DNA from: Calditrichia bacterium
GTDB lineage: Bacteria > Calditrichota > Calditrichia > JAJRVZ01
Direction: 5' to 3'
DNA: 64,000 nt
NCBI GenBank assembly: GCA_963796965.1
Contig: CAWCNS010000002.1
Location: 1-64,000, forward strand
Position 1 is the first letter of the stretch. Every line of letters starts with the position of its first letter. Under the pieces are notes generated by a model. The model saw only the letters and a program-made list of their open reading frames with translations. It ran no database searches and was not told where the DNA came from. A program made the position numbers and the translations under genes. Shown here piece by piece: positions 53,048 through 63,578 of the stretch.

Positions 53048-56000
53048 TTAAACGTATTCCTCAACACTTTTAATTTTTAAATCTGACTCATCTTTTGTAA
53101 GCATCGCTTTAACAAATCGCTTAGCTAGTTGAAGATTAGTTAACAAAGGTACATTATGATCAACCGCTGATCGGCGGATTAGATACCCATTTGTTAATTC
53201 TGTTTTTTCCGCGTTTTTAGGGATATTGATTACAAGATCAATTTTGCCTTGCGAGATATAGGTCGAGACATTAGGTTCTTTCTTTTCTAATGGCCAATGC
53301 AGCCGTTCAGCCTTAATTCCATTCTCTTTCATAAATTTTGCCGTACCTGAGGTTGCATAAAGTATGAATCCCATTTGGGAAAGAATCTTTGTCTCTTGTA
53401 AAAAGTTAAGTTTATTTTCCAGATTCCCCGTCGACATTAAAATAGTTTTCTTTGGAAACTCAAAACCAATAGAGAGCAAACTTTTGAGAAAGGCCTCATC
53501 AAAATCTTCTCCAATACACCCTACTTCGCCCGTGGAAGACATTTCAACACCAAGGACAGGGTCTGAGCCCTTTAAACGGGTAAATGAAAATTGCGGCGAT
53601 TTTACACCAACATAATCAATGTCAAATGAAGACAATTGTGATTTACTTATCTTTTGCCCCATAATCACACGGGTTGCAATATCGATAAAATTATTTTTTG
53701 TTACCTTGGAGACAAAAGGAAAACTTCTGGAGGCACGAAGATTGCATTCAATCACTTTAACTTCATTGTCCTTTGCGATAAATTGCATATTATAGGGACC
53801 TGTGATCTCCAGGGCCTTTCCAATTTCTGCTCCGATCATTTTAACCCGGCGCATTGTTTCCAGGTATGTGCGCTGAGGTGGCAATACCATGGTAGCATCT
53901 CCTGAATGTACGCCGGCATTTTCCACATGCTCTGAGATTGCAGAACAGATAACTTCCCCACCATCAGCAACCGCATCCATTTCTAGTTCTCGTGCACCGG
54001 TTATGAATTTACTAATCACAACAGGATGGTCCTTATTCACTTCTGTCGCTTCTATTAAATAGGCGTGCAACTGGTCGGATGATTTGACAACATTCATTGC
54101 TGCTCCGCTAAGAACATAACTGGGGCGTATTAATACCGGATATCCAACTTTTTTAGCAAATTTATTTGCTTCATTGATATCACTAAATTCTTTCCATTCG
54201 GGCTGATCAACCCCTATTTTATCAAGTATTTTGGAAAATTTATATCGATTTTCCGCATTATCTATCTGAGAGGGTGAAGTTCCGAGAATATTCACCTTTT
54301 GTTTATGTAAGGGTATGGCTAAGTTATTGGGGATCTGTCCACCCATAGAAATAATTACACCCTCGGGTTTCTCTTTTTCATAGATATCCATCACGCGCTC
54401 AAAACTCAATTCTTCAAAATAGAGTTTATCACACGTATCATAATCGGTACTTACAGTTTCCGGATTGCAATTAATCATAATCGTGGTATAATCCAGATCA
54501 TTCAATGTCAGAACCGAGTTCACACAACACCAGTCAAACTCCACGGAGGAACCTATCCGATAGGGTCCTCCCCCTAAAACAACAATTTGATTATCTCTTT
54601 TTTCACTAAGGTCATCCTCTGTTGCATGATAGGTCAAATAGAGATAATTGGTTGCTGCCGGGTATTCCGCCGCAAGGGTATCAATTTGTTTTACTTTGGG
54701 GACGATCCCAAGTTTTTTACGTAATTTACGAACCGTCAATTCGTCACTATGTATTAACTCCGCGATCTGTTTATCTGAATATCCGAATTTCTTAGATTTT
54801 TCCAGCAAATCGGATTTCAAAGATTTAATTCTTTTTTTCTTAAGTTTTTTTCCCAGCTCTACAATATTTTTTAACTTATTCAGAAACCATAAATCAATCT
54901 TTGATAAGTCGTGAATTTTTTCCAAACTGTAACCTTCATCGATCGCTCGTGCAATGGCAAAGATACGCTTATCATTAGGCACCTTGATCGCAGAATCAAG
55001 GTCCTTTATAACAATCCCCTCCGTATTCAATCCTTTTATTCCGATATCCAGCATACGAATCGCTTTTTGAAAGGCTTCCTCAAAATTCCGACCAATCGAC
55101 ATTACTTCACCAACAGATTTCATCTCGGAACCCAGATCATCAATAACCTGGGTAAACTTCTTTAAATCCCAGCGTGGATATTTGACAATAATATAGTCCA
55201 GAGCTGGTTCGAAACAAGCTGATGTCACCTGGGTTATAATATTAGGAATTTCGTTCAGAGCATATCCAAGCGCCAGTTTTGTTGCGATAAAAGCAAGTGG
55301 GTAACCGCTGGCTTTTGAGGCAAGAGCAGAACTTCTGCTCAATCTTGCATTTACTTCGATGATACGGTAATCATCAGAATTTGGATCAAGTGCATATTGA
55401 ATATTACACTCACCTATAATCCCCAAATGTCTGATAAGTTGAATACCGATTGAACGCAGCTTAAAATTCTCATGGGCAGTCAGCGTTTGAACCGGTGCAA
55501 CAACAATGCTGTCTCCGGTATGAATTCCCATAGGATCTAGATTTTCCATTGAACAGATTGTAATACAATTGTCATGGTAATCTCTTACTATCTCATATTC
55601 TACTTCCTTCCAACCATATAGCGATTCTTCGATCAATACCTGACTCGTAAAGGCAAAAGCCCGCTGACATTTTTCTTTTAGTTCTTTTCGTGAGGAAACA
55701 ATACCCGATCCCAATCCACCCAATGCATAGGCAATTCGCATCATCAGTGGATAGCCAATATCCTCGGCGGCAGAAAGCGCCTGTTCGGTATTATTTGCAA
55801 TCTTACTTTTCGGGACTTTTAATCCTATCTCAGTGGTCTTCCGGGAAAAAAGCTCACGATCCTCTGTGTTCTGAATAGCTTTGACCGGTGTTCCCAAAAC
55901 CGCCACACCGTATTTTTTGAGAATACCTGTCTTTTCCAGCTCCACACCTACATTTAGTGCTGTCTGACCACCAAACCCCAGAAGGATGCCATCGGGCTTC

Positions 56001-56242
56001 TCTTTCTTGATAACTTCCTCAACAAATTTTGGCTGCACCGGAAGTAAATAGACCTTATCCGCAAATTTTTCAGAGGTCTGTATTGTTGCAATATTTGGAT
56101 TGATCAATATAGTTGAGATATCATCTTCTTTAAGTGCCTTGATAGCCTGACTACCAGAATAATCAAACTCCCCAGCCTGACCAATCTGAAGAGCGCCAGA
56201 CCCTAATATGAGTACTTTTTTTGGATGGATTTTGCGAATCAT
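53048..56242 (-). CDS. carB: Carbamoyl-phosphate synthase large subunit
   Basis: IGQAGEFDYSG, GIHTGDS, NCNPETVSTDYD, GVHSGDA, C-terminal MGS domain. Confidence 0.97.
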   Translation of the reverse strand: MIRKIHPKKVLILGSGALQIGQAGEFDYSGSQAIKALKEDDISTILINPNIATIQTSEKFADKVYLLPVQPKFVEEVIKKEKPDGILLGFGGQTALNVGVELEKTGILKKYGVAVLGTPVKAIQNTEDRELFSRKTTEIGLKVPKSKIANNTEQALSAAEDIGYPLMMRIAYALGGLGSGIVSSRKELKEKCQRAFAFTSQVLIEESLYGWKEVEYEIVRDYHDNCITICSMENLDPMGIHTGDSIVVAPVQTLTAHENFKLRSIGIQLIRHLGIIGECNIQYALDPNSDDYRIIEVNARLSRSSALASKASGYPLAFIATKLALGYALNEIPNIITQVTSACFEPALDYIIVKYPRWDLKKFTQVIDDLGSEMKSVGEVMSIGRNFEEAFQKAIRMLDIGIKGLNTEGIVIKDLDSAIKVPNDKRIFAIARAIDEGYSLEKIHDLSKIDLWFLNKLKNIVELGKKLKKKRIKSLKSDLLEKSKKFGYSDKQIAELIHSDELTVRKLRKKLGIVPKVKQIDTLAAEYPAATNYLYLTYHATEDDLSEKRDNQIVVLGGGPYRIGSSVEFDWCCVNSVLTLNDLDYTTIMINCNPETVSTDYDTCDKLYFEELSFERVMDIYEKEKPEGVIISMGGQIPNNLAIPLHKQKVNILGTSPSQIDNAENRYKFSKILDKIGVDQPEWKEFSDINEANKFAKKVGYPVLIRPSYVLSGAAMNVVKSSDQLHAYLIEATEVNKDHPVVISKFITGARELEMDAVADGGEVICSAISEHVENAGVHSGDATMVLPPQRTYLETMRRVKMIGAEIGKALEITGPYNMQFIAKDNEVKVIECNLRASRSFPFVSKVTKNNFIDIATRVIMGQKISKSQLSSFDIDYVGVKSPQFSFTRLKGSDPVLGVEMSSTGEVGCIGEDFDEAFLKSLLSIGFEFPKKTILMSTGNLENKLNFLQETKILSQMGFILYATSGTAKFMKENGIKAERLHWPLEKKEPNVSTYISQGKIDLVINIPKNAEKTELTNGYLIRRSAVDHNVPLLTNLQLAKRFVKAMLTKDESDLKIKSVEEYV

Positions 56243-56557
56243 TTATTCTTCCTTATAATCATTATTCCCAAATTCTTCTATGACCTAATAAATCAACTTT
56301 CTTGTCCTCAGAGACATTTCTTACTTCAACGAACTCGCAAACCTACAATTTACATTTATATAGTCTTTTATTTTTTGCATATTTTTCGTTCATTAAACTC
56401 GTTCTTCAGACAAGAAACCAACTATTTGATAATAATTTCTGTTAATTCTAACTTCTATTACTATTTTGTCTTTTTAAATCATGGATGATTTAATCCCGAT
56501 ATATCGATATGATGTCGATGTTTTAATCGGGAGTTCTTTTTTCTTTTTTCTTATTCT

Positions 56558-57622
56558 TTACCCCATGGCTCGAATAAACATGTCGAAAAGAAACTCCGTG
56601 TCATCTGGACCTGGTGAAGCCTCCGGATGAAATTGAGCACCGAAAAATGGTTTTGATATATGCAGCAACCCCTCATTTGTTCCGTCATTGTCATTATAGA
56701 ACCACTCTCTCCAGTCTTGAGGCATTGTTTTCGCATCAATTGCATAACCATGATTCTGTGATGTAATGTAACAGCGCTTTGTGCCCATCTCTGAGCAAGG
56801 TTGGTTTTGACTACGATGGCCATATTTTAATTTATAAGTTTTTGCCCCAGCCGCGAGACCCAGCAATTGGGAACCCAGACAAATCCCCAAAATTGGTCGG
56901 TTATTTTTCATTGCCTTCAGTATATTTTTTGTCGTCTCAGGACAGGTCATCGGATCTCCGGGGCCATTGGAAATGAGAATTCCATCTGCCTCCATATCTG
57001 CAAAATCGTAATCCCAGGGGACGCGAATGACTGAAACATTCCTTTCTGTAAATGAACGAATAATATTGTTCTTTACACCACAATCGACCATAATCAATTT
57101 TTTCTTCCCTGAACCATACTCTATGGGTTCGGTAGTACTGACTTCAGCAACCAGATTTCTTTTCATGGGGTCATCAAAGCCAGGATCGTCCTCCTTCTTG
57201 ATGACGATCTTCCCCAGCATTGTACCCTGTTCGCGTAGTTTTTTTGTAAGAGCGCGGGTATCGATTCCAGAGATTGCGGGAATATTGTGCTCTTTTAACC
57301 AGGCAGGAAGTGACTTAACAGCACTCCAATGAAAAAACTCACTCTCATATTCATTTACAATCAGAGCATTAACATGAATCTTTTCCGATTCGAAATTTTT
57401 AAATAAACTATCCTCTTTCGCATAATCCGGCACTCCATAATTACCAATCAATGGATAGGTGAGGACAAGAATCTGACCACAATATGATGGATCTGTAAGT
57501 GTTTCAGGGTATCCAACCATTCCTGTGTTAAAAACCACCTCTCCATTGGTGGCCCTTTTTGTACCGAATGACTCTCCCTCGTAAACAGTGCCGTCTTCTA
57601 ATATTAACTTTACTTTATTCAT
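56558..57622 (-). CDS. carA: Carbamoyl-phosphate synthase small subunit
   Basis: GEVVFNTGMVGY, SNGPGDP, GICLG, SQNHGY, QFHPEASPGP. Confidence 0.97.
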   Translation of the reverse strand: MNKVKLILEDGTVYEGESFGTKRATNGEVVFNTGMVGYPETLTDPSYCGQILVLTYPLIGNYGVPDYAKEDSLFKNFESEKIHVNALIVNEYESEFFHWSAVKSLPAWLKEHNIPAISGIDTRALTKKLREQGTMLGKIVIKKEDDPGFDDPMKRNLVAEVSTTEPIEYGSGKKKLIMVDCGVKNNIIRSFTERNVSVIRVPWDYDFADMEADGILISNGPGDPMTCPETTKNILKAMKNNRPILGICLGSQLLGLAAGAKTYKLKYGHRSQNQPCSEMGTKRCYITSQNHGYAIDAKTMPQDWREWFYNDNDGTNEGLLHISKPFFGAQFHPEASPGPDDTEFLFDMFIRAMG

Positions 57623-57995
57623 ATTTTGACATCCTTACCATCGTACTTCTCATGCTGATTTTTGTTGGTATAATTCACCTTGTAATATTTTAAAAGTTTA
57701 ATCAGAGCGAATCTTTAGTTTGTCCAACCTGAATAGACAAAACTTCACCCGCTTAGCAAATCTAATTTGAATGAATGTGAAACCCCTGAATGATAAATGT
57801 GAGGAATTAACAAGTCTCCATGAGGTTTACTAAAATTAGAGTAAAATCGGACAAAATAAAAATGTTTTTTCTATTCAAAATAGATTTTTATACGATCCTT
57901 ATTTAACAGATTTTTTATAAATAATTTCAATCTTCTTCGAATGTTCCGATAAAGTAAGATATCGGACATTAACCAATAAAAAACTATTCCACAAC

Positions 57996-59655
57996 ATGTC
58001 TTTATCTATTAAAAATAAAAACGACAACGCTGATCTAGTCCGCTTATCCTATGAAATCGCCATGTCGATAGGCCTAACATTAGATCTGAATAAAATGTTA
58101 AAAGTTGCACTTACTTCTTATTTAAAAAATCTAGATTGTTCCGCTATCTCCATTTTTCATCAAAGACAAAAGACAAATAAAAAGAATCTTTATCGCAATA
58201 TACATACCATTCCACGTACAATTAAAGAAAGTCCGGAGTATAAAAAAACAATACAAAGGCTGGCAAAACCACTCAATGATGAGGATTTGAAAAAATTTAG
58301 AAAGAAGTTACCTTTAGTCGGAGAAAGTACTGATAATTATTATTACCACCTCCTCGATCTGCCCGGATTTGGCTTACTTCTTCTCATCAGACAGGATGGC
58401 GAAATTGGAATCAATGTAATAAAAAATCTCAATTCTTTAAATGCAAAATTGGCAGTCGCATGTAATGCCTGTCTCCAAAATAAGGAGCTGAAAAAAGCAC
58501 ACAAGAGTGCCGTAGATATCAACCTGGAATTAAGCAAGAAAACAATAGCCCTTGAACATTCTCAAACTGCTTTGGGTGAAAGTGAGAAAAAATATCGTAC
58601 AATATTTGAAAACGTTCAGGACATCTTTTTTCAAACGGATTTAAGAGGGAAAATATTAGAAATTAGTCCTTCAATTTCCCGTTATTCAGAGAAGGGACGT
58701 GAAAAACTCTTAGAGACTCCCTTCAATCTACTTTATCAAAACCCTGCCGATCATTCCAGAATGTTATTGGCCCTTAATAAAAAGAACGAAATAGAGGATT
58801 TTGAACTGCAATTGAAGGATAAGCATCGCCGGGAAGTGTTTACATCCGTTAATGCTCATTTGCTATTCGATCATTATCACAATCCTATTGCCATCGAGGG
58901 ATTAATGCGCGATGTTACAGTGCGCAAAAGAGCGGAAAAGGCCTTACTCGAAAGTGATCGTATCAAAAGTGATTTTGTCTCCAGTGTATCTCACGAATTA
59001 CGCACACCACTTGCTTCTATCCTTGGATTCTCCAGTACAATTTTGCGTGACAAAAAGATGGATAGTAACGTAAAAGAAGAGTTTATAAATATTATCTATC
59101 AAGAAAGTCAGCGATTATCTAAATTGATTGAGGATATTTTAAATATATCTCGTATCGAATCCGGACGTGTAACGTATCGCTTGGAAAAAATAACATTCCG
59201 ACCAGTTATTGCTGAAATTATTGAGGTTCATCAGATGTTGGCAGAGGAAAAAGGTATACACTTTAAACAGGTTTTCCCGGTAAAAACAACCGAGATAATG
59301 GCCGATCCGAATGCGATGAAGCAGGTGCTCACAAATCTAATGGGTAATGCCATCAAGTTCACACCAAAAGGCGGGGAAATTGAAATACAGCTGAAAAGAG
59401 GATGAAAAAGATGTTATATTTGCCATAAGCGATACTGGAATTGGAATTCCTGAAAATGAATTAAGTAAGATATTCGACAAGTTTTATCGCGTATACCGAC
59501 CGGGTCTTGAGATTCAGGGAACCGGTTTGGGCCTTTCTATCGTCAAGGAAATAATGGATGCACATAAAGCAAAAATTGAGGTATCCAGTCAGGAGCACAA
59601 GGGGACTACATTCAGATTGGTCTTTTCCAAACCCGGAGAAGATACTCATGATTGA
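57996..59655 (+). CDS. PAS-domain sensor histidine kinase (+1 frameshift near 59393)
   Basis: PAS, SHELRTPL, NLMGNAIKFT. The second frame continues DTGIGIP..IFDKFYR..GTGLGLSIVK to the stop at 59655. Confidence 0.92.
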
Positions 59656-60031
59656 TGAGAAAAAAACAATTTTATTAGTTGAAGATGAGCACAGTATGGT
59701 TATACTCATTAAGTACAATCTTGAATCAGCTGGGTATAATATTTATTCTGTGAAAAATGGACAGGAAGCCCTGGATTATTGCAAAACTAATTCACCTGAT
59801 TTGATTATAAGTGATATTGGTATGCCAGAAATGGATGGATACGAATTACGACAGAATCTTCTTAATGATGAAAAACTGCGCACCATTCCCTTTATTTTCT
59901 TAACAGCTAAAACACAAAGTGAGGATCATTTTAAAGGCCTTAGATTGGGCGTGAATAATTTTTTAACCAAACCATTTGAGCCAGAATTGTTATTGATGAC
60001 AGTTGCAGATATCTTAAAGGAGAATTTTTGA
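59648..60031 (+). CDS. Single-domain response regulator
   Basis: LLVEDE, SDIGMPEMDG, FLTAK, KPF. ATG 59648 overlaps the kinase end. Confidence 0.9.
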   Translation: MIDEKKTILLVEDEHSMVILIKYNLESAGYNIYSVKNGQEALDYCKTNSPDLIISDIGMPEMDGYELRQNLLNDEKLRTIPFIFLTAKTQSEDHFKGLRLGVNNFLTKPFEPELLLMTVADILKENF

Positions 60032-61401
60032 AAATATTAATTGCGGATGATGAACCCAGCATTCTAACCTTGCACGCGCATATGGTAAAAGAATTGGGAC
60101 ACACACCTGTTTTAGCTACTGATGGCAATGATTGCTTATCAAAAATAGATTCCGAAATTAAAGCCCTATTACTGGACATTAAGATGCCGGGAAAAGATGG
60201 TATTGAGGTTCTGACCCATGTAAAGCAGACCCATCCGCAGATTCCGGTAATCATGATTTCTGCGCTTCACGACGTGGAGACGGCTGTTAATGCTATAAAA
60301 ATAGGTGCTTTTGATTACCTTACCAAACCTCTGGACTTTGACCGTTTGAATACAGTTCTCAGAAATGCACTCGCACTGACAGACTTAAAAGAGGAAGTTC
60401 ATGCACTTCAGGGTAAACTGCGTCAAAGTGATCTCTTTTCTGATATCGTTGGGGAGAGTAAGAAAGTTAATCAGGTTTTCGACCTGGTCAGCAGGGTGCT
60501 GGAGACAGACATCAATGTTATGATAATTGGCGAAAGCGGTACCGGAAAGGAATTAATTGCCAGAGCCCTTCATCAGGGTAGCAAACGAAGAGAAGGCCCC
60601 TTTGTCGCTGTTAATTGTTCTGCTATTGCAAGTGAAATTGCAGACAGCCTGTTATTTGGACATAAAAAGGGATCCTTTACCGGGGCGACTGAGGACCGGG
60701 CCGGATTATTCGAACAAGCTGATAAAGGTACCATTTTCCTCGATGAGATTGGAGATATGGAAATTGATATTCAAGTAAAGATCTTGAGGATTTTAGAAGA
60801 AAAAACCGTACGTCGCGTAGGAGAAAAGGACGAACGAATAATAGACTTCCGTGTCATCACCGCAACAAACAAAGATCTTGCCCAGGCCGTTTCTGAGAAT
60901 CTGTTTCGAAAAGATTTATACTTTAGATTAGAAGAATACCCCATATACCTGCCCCCCCTGCGAGAGAGGAAAGAAGATATAGCCATGTTAGCACAGCATT
61001 TCCTTATCGAATTCTGTGATTCAAACAATATGAAGATGTTAAAATTTACAGAGCAGGCCATTCATACATTAATCAACTATGACTGGCCGGGAAATATTCG
61101 GGAGTTAAAGAATGTTGTCCGGCGATCTGCGGTTCGAACAGGTGGTAGCATTGTAGATGATATTTCATTCAGTACTTTTGATAATTCACTCCCCCCTCCC
61201 CATCCGGTTTCTTCAAAAACAGGAGGACAAAATGAAGTGACAGGTGATAGTGGGGTTACACCACTGGATAAAATTGAAAAAAATGCAATTGAAAAGGCCT
61301 ATTTTTTTTCAGATCGAAATGCTGCCGAGGCCGCCAAATTACTCGGAATTAGTCGGGCCACCATGTATCGAAAACTAAAGAAGCTTGGCTATGAGTCTTA
61401 A
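60028..61401 (+). CDS. NtrC-family sigma-54-type response regulator (REC-AAA+-HTH)
   Basis: GESGTGKE, GSFTGA, FLDEIG, WPGNIRELKN, C-terminal Fis HTH. Confidence 0.93.
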   Translation: MKILIADDEPSILTLHAHMVKELGHTPVLATDGNDCLSKIDSEIKALLLDIKMPGKDGIEVLTHVKQTHPQIPVIMISALHDVETAVNAIKIGAFDYLTKPLDFDRLNTVLRNALALTDLKEEVHALQGKLRQSDLFSDIVGESKKVNQVFDLVSRVLETDINVMIIGESGTGKELIARALHQGSKRREGPFVAVNCSAIASEIADSLLFGHKKGSFTGATEDRAGLFEQADKGTIFLDEIGDMEIDIQVKILRILEEKTVRRVGEKDERIIDFRVITATNKDLAQAVSENLFRKDLYFRLEEYPIYLPPLRERKEDIAMLAQHFLIEFCDSNNMKMLKFTEQAIHTLINYDWPGNIRELKNVVRRSAVRTGGSIVDDISFSTFDNSLPPPHPVSSKTGGQNEVTGDSGVTPLDKIEKNAIEKAYFFSDRNAAEAAKLLGISRATMYRKLKKLGYES

Positions 61402-61542
61402 TAATTTCTGTGTTGTGCCGTGGTCGAATTAAATTTTTATACAGCCCCTTATTCGCTTTGCTTCAAAAACAAGATTATTTGTTAAATACGACGAAACCGT
61501 ATTGATCTAACAACCCCTCTAAAAAATGCTTCAACCTACTTT

Positions 61543-62868
61543 TTATACATCTGTAAATATATATCTTAATAAAAATATCACGGTAAATACCCACATTAGA
61601 AATGGGATTTTTTTCGCTTTTCCTGCAAAAGTATTCAGCACTGTATAACTGATAAAACCGATAGCAATTCCTTCTGTTATTCTGAAAGAGAATGGAATAA
61701 ATATCAGAGTCATAAACGCTGGAATACTTTCAAGAAGATTATCCCAGGGGATCTTTCTAACGCCTTTTATCATGTAGACACCAACAAGGATCAAAATTGG
61801 TGCAATAGTCGGGTAATACCTCAGCCCATCTGCTGTTTCAACACCTCCTCCAATCATATTGATGAGAGGATAAAAGAACAAAGCAATAAGAAAGAGTGCC
61901 GCGGTGATAATATTTGCCATCCCGGTGCGGGCACCACTTGCCACTCCTGCTGCACTCTCCACGTAACTTGTCACAGTAGAAGTACCACAGATTGCCCCAA
62001 AAGTAGTTCCCACTGCATCGGAGAGAAGCGCTTTTTCTGCCCTGGGTAATTTTCCGTCTTTCAACAGATTGGCTTCACTGGCAACACCTATCAAGGTGCC
62101 AATTGTATCAAATAAATCAAGAATTAAAAAAGTAAAAACAACAAGGAGTAAATCCGGCTGCAATGCGCGCCAGAAATCAAGTTTAAAAAAGGTCGGCGCA
62201 ATAGAAGGGGGTGAACTGATAATACCCTGATAAGGAATCAATCCAAGCCCGATACCAAGCCCACTGGTAATCAAAATTCCAATTAACATGGCACCAGGGA
62301 TTTTGCGAATTAACAGAATGGATGTGAGCAATAACCCCAATAAAGCCAGCAATGTTGAAGGTTCAGAAAAATCACCAAGAGAAATCAATAAGGTTGGATG
62401 ATCAACCACCAAACCAGCCCATTCCATCCCAATCAGAGTTATCATGAGACCAATTCCAACGGCAATGGCATATTTAAGTGCCTCTGGAATAGCATTGATG
62501 ATCTTCTCTCTAAAGCCGAAGAAGGAGAGGATAATAAAGATAAATCCCGCCCAAAATACCACACCCAAAGCTTCTTGCCAGGAGATACCCATTGTTAGGA
62601 CAACCGTATAAGCAAAGAAAAAGTTTTGCCCCATTCCCGGAGCTAAAGCAATAGGATATTTTGCATACAATCCCATGATGAGAATGGCTACAGCACTGGA
62701 GAGACAGGTAGCAACCATGACAGCACCAAAATCCATTCCTGCTGCGGATAACACAGTGGGTTGCACGAATATAATATAAGCCATCGTCAAAAAAGTTGTT
62801 GCCCCACCAATTATCTCCTTTTTCGGAGTTGTGCCATAAGTATCCAAATGAAAAAATCTATTAAGCAT
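61543..62868 (-). CDS. NCS2/AzgA-type purine permease
   Basis: TTFLTMAYI, APGMG.N.FF, FDTIGT, YVESAAGV..GARTG. Confidence 0.93.
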   Translation of the reverse strand: MLNRFFHLDTYGTTPKKEIIGGATTFLTMAYIIFVQPTVLSAAGMDFGAVMVATCLSSAVAILIMGLYAKYPIALAPGMGQNFFFAYTVVLTMGISWQEALGVVFWAGFIFIILSFFGFREKIINAIPEALKYAIAVGIGLMITLIGMEWAGLVVDHPTLLISLGDFSEPSTLLALLGLLLTSILLIRKIPGAMLIGILITSGLGIGLGLIPYQGIISSPPSIAPTFFKLDFWRALQPDLLLVVFTFLILDLFDTIGTLIGVASEANLLKDGKLPRAEKALLSDAVGTTFGAICGTSTVTSYVESAAGVASGARTGMANIITAALFLIALFFYPLINMIGGGVETADGLRYYPTIAPILILVGVYMIKGVRKIPWDNLLESIPAFMTLIFIPFSFRITEGIAIGFISYTVLNTFAGKAKKIPFLMWVFTVIFLLRYIFTDV

Positions 62869-62988
62869 GGTGAGATCCTTTAATGAACTATTATTAAACC
62901 GAACATTAACGAGATTAATATCAGATATTCAACTTATTTATTAAACTACAAAGAGACAAAGATTGGCAAAAATCTGAAAATTGGACAT

Positions 62989-63016
62989 AAAAAAACCCTT
63001 CTCAATTGAAAAGGGT
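62989..63016 (-). terminator. Intrinsic terminator of the 63042-63443 gene
   Basis: accctt...aagggt stem with an adjacent A run on the plus strand (U tail on minus). Confidence 0.65.
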
Positions 63017-63041
63017 AACGATAAATCGATTTAACGGGATT

Positions 63042-63443
63042 TTAGCGGAACATAGCCTTAATTGCTCCCCAGGTACGGTAAATACCAGAAATATTAGGAT
63101 GAACAATTAACGATTGTGTCTCTTCGACAAGAGAATTATCATTACGAACAGCCTTTAATTTATAAAAGAAAGTTTGCGTATCTTTGAATACGACATTGTC
63201 ATCTGTAAATGAATAATTTTGATTTCCTGAGGCTGATGAAACCATACCAATTTCAGAGAAGTTCTGATCATCGGTACTACGTAAAATCAAGTATTTACTA
63301 ACCCCTTGTTCTGTTTTTGTTACCCATTCGATTACAACCGTATTGTTTGATGGGGTAGCGCTATATTCAAGAAATATAAAATTAGCGAATGCTAGTGAGA
63401 AAAAGCAGAAAGTGGTCAGAAGTAATATGCTTATTTTTTTCAT
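63042..63443 (-). CDS. Small secreted beta-sandwich protein ending in TWGAIKAMFR
   Basis: Signal peptide (SLAFA), V.IEW.T..E...Y.I.RS.D...YSF.D...YYKL fold pattern, terminal TWGxIK motif. Confidence 0.75.
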   Translation of the reverse strand: MKKISILLLTTFCFFSLAFANFIFLEYSATPSNNTVVIEWVTKTEQGVSKYLILRSTDDQNFSEIGMVSSASGNQNYSFTDDNVVFKDTQTFFYKLKAVRNDNSLVEETQSLIVHPNISGIYRTWGAIKAMFR

Positions 63444-63578
63444 AATTATTGTGTTTTCGGCACCTAGGTCACATAAATATAATCTTTTTTTTTATCAATG
63501 CAAATCATTTTTAAATATTCCCACTTTTTGTTTATTTGATCATATTTGCAGTAAAAACAGACCCCTTAGATACTCACC

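Noticed and set aside
56243..56557. Gene or nuclease remnant between carA and carB
   Set aside because: Only weak fragments interrupted by stops. The 87-aa plus-strand ORF is low-complexity antisense.
57623..57995. PyrR attenuator upstream of carA
   Set aside because: No AGUCCAGAGAGGCU-type PyrR binding loop on the minus strand.
7538..59655. Programmed frameshifting or true pseudogenisation of CHAD, DUF3160, DUF4397, Omp85, DUF2652, ppk1, deoB and the kinase
   Set aside because: No slippery heptamers and no further decay. Single indels in unrelated genes, concentrated at AGCT or homopolymers, fit sequencing error better.
62869..63040. Purine riboswitch upstream of the NCS2 permease
   Set aside because: The conserved core (AUAUGG..GUUUCUAC..CCGUAAA..GACUA) is absent; only a terminator hairpin is seen.
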